A stretch of DNA of 34,265 nt, taken from sequence record SRR22947727_3270. The stretch is one strand, 5' to 3'. Within the stretch, counting starts at the first letter, position 1; each line of letters starts with the position of its first letter. Shown here one piece after another: positions 30,213 through 34,265 of this stretch. The translations under genes and the position numbers were made by a program. The notes under the pieces are model-generated. The model saw only the letters and a list, made by a program, of their open reading frames with translations, made no database searches and was not told where the DNA came from.

Positions 30213-30255
30213 CATCAATGACAATTGACAGTCTAATAGTATAAATTGCGGGACA
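30213..30255. promoter_or_regulatory. Degenerate PpsR-type site pair in the hydrolase/bchI divergent promoter
   Basis: AGT-N12-ACA at 30238-30255 and a weaker CAT-N12-ACA at 30213-30230, with the same 7-bp spacing as the other pairs. Confidence 0.45.
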
Positions 30256-30335
30256 CTCGCCCGGATAGCTTCTTTTTCACATTTCTGGCATCGGGGCTTA
30301 ACATAGCGCTGACGCCGTAGTCACTGAGGACACAC

Positions 30336-31367
30336 ATGAGCACCGCGTATCCATTTACCGCTATCGTCGGTCAAGATGATATGAAACGGGCACTGACGAT
30401 TGCCGCCGTTGACCCCGGTATCGGCGGGGTTTTGGTTCTCGGCGAGCGGGGCACGGGCAAGTCCACCACCATTCGTGCTCTCGCGGCCCTGCTGCCCAAA
30501 ATCGATGTTGTCAAAAGCTGCCCCTATCAATGCGATCCGCATCACGCTCTGCCGGGGCTCTGTGACTTATGCGGCAAATCCTCGGCTGCCCCTGCAAAGA
30601 CAGCCATGACGATACCTGTTGTCGATTTGCCCTTGGGCTCGACAGAAGATCGCGTGGTCGGCGCACTCGATATTGAGCGCGCACTCGTAAACGGTGAAAA
30701 AGCGTTTCAGCCGGGGCTACTGGCGCAGGCTAACCGAGGCTTTCTCTATGTTGACGAAGTGAACTTACTCGAGGATCACATTGTCGACGCGCTGCTCGAT
30801 GTCGCCGCATCGGGAGAAAATGTGGTTGAGCGTGAAGGGCTCAGCATACGACACCCCGCAAAATTTGTTTTAGTGGGCAGCGGCAACCCCGAGGAAGGTG
30901 AACTGCGACCCCAACTCCAAGACCGTTTTGGTTTATCCGTTGATGTCCGAACCCCTTCGGATGTCCCGACTCGAGTCGACATTATTCGCGCGAGAGAAGC
31001 GTTCGATAAAGATCGCAGTGCTTTTCGCAAGCGATGGGCGCGCAAAGAGAGCACCCTACGACGACGCATACAGCGGGCTCGGGAAGCGCTCGATAGCATC
31101 GACACGCCCGCCAATTTGCTAGAGACCGCAGCCAAGTTATGTCTTGCACTGGGCACTGACGGATTGCGAGGAGAGTTAACATTAGTGCGTAGCGCACGCG
31201 CCTTGGCCGCACTCAACAGCGACCCGATAGCCACACTGGAGCACCTCAAAGCCATCGCTCCTTCTGTGCTCCGACATCGGCTACGGCGTGATCCTCTTGA
31301 TGAATCCAGCGCCGATATTCGAGTAGAACGTGTGATTTCGCAGCTTTTCAACGACTGTGACGACTGA
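30336..31367 (+). CDS. bchI: Magnesium chelatase ATPase subunit I
   Basis: YPFTAIVGQ, GERGTGKST, VVDLPLG.TEDRVVGALD, LYVDEVNLLEDH, GNPEEGELRPQL.DRFG and DGLRGEL. Confidence 0.97.
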   Translation: MSTAYPFTAIVGQDDMKRALTIAAVDPGIGGVLVLGERGTGKSTTIRALAALLPKIDVVKSCPYQCDPHHALPGLCDLCGKSSAAPAKTAMTIPVVDLPLGSTEDRVVGALDIERALVNGEKAFQPGLLAQANRGFLYVDEVNLLEDHIVDALLDVAASGENVVEREGLSIRHPAKFVLVGSGNPEEGELRPQLQDRFGLSVDVRTPSDVPTRVDIIRAREAFDKDRSAFRKRWARKESTLRRRIQRAREALDSIDTPANLLETAAKLCLALGTDGLRGELTLVRSARALAALNSDPIATLEHLKAIAPSVLRHRLRRDPLDESSADIRVERVISQLFNDCDD

Positions 31368-33102
31368 CACACCGTCTCTTTGGGCGGATGCAGAATGGGC
31401 TGCCGCACTGGTAAACCTGATCGGAGATCGTGTCGGCGGCGTGCATCTGCGCGCCTCTCCAGGGCCGGTCAGGGATTATTGGTTAGACCGAGTCGAGAGT
31501 TTCTCCGAGCAATCACACCTGAGAAAAATCCCCGCGAATATTCCAGAGGCTCGGTTACTGGGCGGCATTGATCTCGCTGCCACGCTGCAGCAAGGCAAGC
31601 CGATCGCCGAGACCGGCATGCTGGGAGAGTGTCATGAGCGCATTGTCATCGCCGCCATGGCCGAGCGTCTTCCCAGAAATACGGTTCATCACCTTTGCGT
31701 TGCATTAGATGATGGCCAGTTGTCGATCGCTCGCGACGGCATCGATACGCTGACCGCCGCACGCATTACATTGATTGCAGCAGACGAAGGAACAGAAGAA
31801 GAATTCATCCATGGTGCACTGTCTGATCGCTTGGGGATCACGGTCAATCTGCAACCTATCGGCATCCATGGCGTAGACGATGATATTTTTGATCGGGGTC
31901 AGATTGAACGCGCTCGGGCATGCTTAGACGAGGTCATGCTGACAGAGGAACATCGCATCGCCATCGCGACCTTGAGCCTCACCTTGGGCATTGACTCTCC
32001 ACGGGCTGCACTGGCCGCCGTCCAAGTCGCCCGTGGCGCTGCAGCGCTCGCTGGACGTCGCGCGGTAGACGACAGTGACATTGCCTGCGCGCTTCGCCTA
32101 TGCCTGATTCCCAAAGCAGCACAGCTTCCCGATATGGCTGAACCTGCACCCGAACCAGAACCGCAACCTGAACCTGAAGTGGATCAACCAGAAGAACCGG
32201 AACCACCCCAAACGACAGAGCAGATGCCGTCAGACGAGGATCGCTTGCTTGAGGCCGCACTCGCGCAACTGCCGGAAGGGTTATTACAGCAGCTACAAAC
32301 ACGCGCGGCCAAAGTGCGCCAGAGCAGTGCCGGTTCGTCGGGAGCCCAGCATCGGCACCAGCAACGCGGGCGGCCAACTGGCGTCTTTCGTGGTGATCAT
32401 CGCCGCGGCGGGCGGGTCAATATTCTTGCGACACTCCGTGCCGCTGCGCCCTGGCAACCCCTGCGTCGGCGCGAACGCGGCGACGCGCTGCGAAAGCTGG
32501 AAATACGCCGAGAAGATATTCATCTAACGCGCTATCAACAACGCCGCGAATCGCTGACATTGTTCGTGGTTGACGCCTCAGGTTCTGCAGCAATGCAACG
32601 CCTCGCCGAAGCAAAAGGCGCCGTAGAATTACTGTTAGCAGATTGCTACGTGCGCAGAGATCAAGTGGCATTGATTGCTTTTCGTGATGAAACAGCCGAA
32701 CTGCTTCTGGCACCGACTCGGTCGCTGGTGAGGGCCAAGAAAGCGCTAGCGGCACTACCCGGTGGCGGTGCCACACCGATGGCTGCCGCACTAAATTTAA
32801 CGCGGGATATTGTCGAACGCGCCAGCAAACAAGGTACGACCACACAGTACATTTTGCTCACCGACGGCGCTGCCAATGTGGCGCTTGATGGCACGCGAAA
32901 TCGCGAGGCAGGCACCCGAGATGCATTAACGGCAGCACAGCGACTCGCGGGGCAGCCCGTCAGCGGTCTGGTGATCGACACCGCACAACGTCCGCAATCT
33001 AGAGCCAGAGATTTAGCCGATACATTGCGGGGTACCTACATCGCACTGCCAAAGGCAGACGCCCACACGCTGAACCGGACGATCCGAGCTGTTTCGGGAT
33101 GA
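31357..33102 (+). CDS. bchD: Magnesium chelatase subunit D
   Basis: RLLGGIDL.ATL degenerate AAA domain, Pro/Glu-rich linker, ATLRAAAPWQ and vWA MIDAS VDASGS...LLTDG.AN. Confidence 0.95.
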   Translation: MTTDTPSLWADAEWAAALVNLIGDRVGGVHLRASPGPVRDYWLDRVESFSEQSHLRKIPANIPEARLLGGIDLAATLQQGKPIAETGMLGECHERIVIAAMAERLPRNTVHHLCVALDDGQLSIARDGIDTLTAARITLIAADEGTEEEFIHGALSDRLGITVNLQPIGIHGVDDDIFDRGQIERARACLDEVMLTEEHRIAIATLSLTLGIDSPRAALAAVQVARGAAALAGRRAVDDSDIACALRLCLIPKAAQLPDMAEPAPEPEPQPEPEVDQPEEPEPPQTTEQMPSDEDRLLEAALAQLPEGLLQQLQTRAAKVRQSSAGSSGAQHRHQQRGRPTGVFRGDHRRGGRVNILATLRAAAPWQPLRRRERGDALRKLEIRREDIHLTRYQQRRESLTLFVVDASGSAAMQRLAEAKGAVELLLADCYVRRDQVALIAFRDETAELLLAPTRSLVRAKKALAALPGGGATPMAAALNLTRDIVERASKQGTTTQYILLTDGAANVALDGTRNREAGTRDALTAAQRLAGQPVSGLVIDTAQRPQSRARDLADTLRGTYIALPKADAHTLNRTIRAVSG

Positions 33103-33977
33103 CCTCCGCGACACATTGGCAGGCTGTCGCTGACGTTTGGCCATTAGCCGATAGCAGTCGCTTCGTTACACTTGATGGCGCCGATTATCATGTGCAGGTC
33201 TCTGGCCGTGGTCCTGATGTATTGTTGCTGCACGGCGCCGGTGCATCGAGCCATTCGTTTGCCGGTATCACCCCGCTGCTCACGCCGCACTTTCGTGTCA
33301 TCTCACCCGATCTGCCGGGCCAAGGGTTTTCCTCACTACTGCCCCCTGAGCGAGTGGGACTGGTGCCATTTAGTGACTACCTTAAGGCCCTGTTACAGAA
33401 GCTCGATGCCACACCCCAATGGATTATTGGACACTCAGCGGGTGCTGCACTCGCCACACAGTTCGCGCTCAACGTAGGCGAATCAGTTCAAGGTATTCTT
33501 TGCATTAATCCAGCGTTTAATCCCTTTGGCTCCATGGCCGCCCCGTTTTTTAGCTTGGCCGCGAAATGGCTGTCTCGCAGTCAATGGCTGCCGCGTGCGC
33601 TCGCCTCGCCGAGTCTCCGCTGGCGTGCCACAGGGTCCATGCTCGCCGACACTGGATCATCAATCGACCCCATCATGTCCCGCTGTTACGACACCTTACT
33701 CAGTGACCCCGATCATATTGCGGGGACGCTGCGGATGATGGCCGGCTGGGACTTACCGCCATTACTCGGTCGTCTTAGCGAGCTTCAACAACCTATCTGG
33801 CTGGCCGCCTGCGAGGGAGACCGCACCATCCCACCGAGCCGCAGTACCTCGGCAGCGCGGTACTTGACTCACTGTCGGACTCTGCTCATTCCTGAACTAG
33901 GGCACCTTGGTCACGAGGAGTCACCCGCGACTTTCGCCAATCTGTTGCAGGCTTTAATCGTTAGCACGCAATCCTAG
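33099..33977 (+). CDS. bchO: BchO alpha/beta hydrolase (Mg-chelatase accessory)
   Basis: W...WP....SRFV, HVQ..G.GP.VLLLHGAGASSHS, GHSAG and LGHL.HEE; overlaps the end of bchD. Confidence 0.9.
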   Translation: MTSATHWQAVADVWPLADSSRFVTLDGADYHVQVSGRGPDVLLLHGAGASSHSFAGITPLLTPHFRVISPDLPGQGFSSLLPPERVGLVPFSDYLKALLQKLDATPQWIIGHSAGAALATQFALNVGESVQGILCINPAFNPFGSMAAPFFSLAAKWLSRSQWLPRALASPSLRWRATGSMLADTGSSIDPIMSRCYDTLLSDPDHIAGTLRMMAGWDLPPLLGRLSELQQPIWLAACEGDRTIPPSRSTSAARYLTHCRTLLIPELGHLGHEESPATFANLLQALIVSTQS

Positions 33978-34128
33978 CGCCCACGCGCGAGACGGAGCCC
34001 TACCGCTCAGCCAAAGGCCTTGATCTCTCAGTTGGGTATCAATTCGGGCGAGTCGCAGCGATATCGGCCAAACGACTCGGTTTTTTGGCAAAAAGAAGGC
34101 TGTGAACTGCGGTGACAGACTGCTACAC

Positions 34129-34146
34129 TGTCCAATATAAGTGACA
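34129..34146. promoter_or_regulatory. PpsR/CrtJ operator upstream of crtI
   Basis: TGT-ccaatataagtg-ACA exact match; a second half-matching TGT starts 7 bp later at 34154. Confidence 0.8.
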
Positions 34147-34165
34147 ACATAAGTGTCTTATTTAT

Positions 34166-34265
34166 ATGAATATTGCTCAGTCAGCGTTTGAATCTCTTAC
34201 AACCACGGACTCCCGACCCACCGCCATCGTGATTGGCACCGGTTTTGGTGGCCTCGCGGCAGCGA
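34166..34265 (+). CDS. crtI: Phytoene desaturase, 5' partial (cut by the window end)
   Basis: MNIAQSAFESLTTTDSRPTAIVIGTGFGGLAAA: a GxGxGGLAAA FAD motif directly after bchO and behind a PpsR box. Confidence 0.8.
   Translation, partial: MNIAQSAFESLTTTDSRPTAIVIGTGFGGLAAA

Noticed and set aside
32137-32210. GAACC-rich repeats in bchD
   Set aside because: They encode the normal Pro/Glu-rich BchD linker.
34101-34117. TGT-N11-ACA (also at 24450-24466)
   Set aside because: The spacer is 11 rather than 12 bp, so these were not counted as PpsR sites.

Overview
Genomic DNA of a marine aerobic anoxygenic phototrophic gammaproteobacterium; gene content and style suggest OM60/NOR5 (Halieaceae, Luminiphilus-like), which is inference only. 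Bases 1-17 kb are an accessory, partly decayed region. It holds a Fur-boxed minus-strand operon (unknown protein, internally deleted peroxiredoxin, DUF6607-like protein, small Cys4 protein), a dipeptide epimerase, an orphan Rieske oxygenase, a sulfate-activation unit (SLC13 transporter, cysC, sat), a candidate sRNA, mscS, a divergent rimK/protease pair, and an AT-rich island (3-hydroxyacyl-CoA dehydrogenase plus acetoacetate decarboxylase-like gene). Several gene stumps absent from or misframed in the ORF track were read by hand: sulfatase, quinohemoprotein dehydrogenase, TonB receptor and PhyH dioxygenase. A 20-bp motif occurs twice, each time near a stump/AT-rich junction. Bases 17-24 kb carry two exported hypotheticals, an MDR oxidoreductase, tal, a rubredoxin-reductase fusion and fadH. 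Bases 24.4-34.3 kb are the edge of a photosynthesis gene cluster (crtD, bchI, bchD, bchO, start of crtI) interleaved with four uncharacterised genes (ATP-grasp, P450, His-containing membrane protein, alpha/beta hydrolase). PpsR/CrtJ-type TGT-N12-ACA boxes lie in front of the ATP-grasp gene and crtI. All family assignments are from motif recognition, not database searches.
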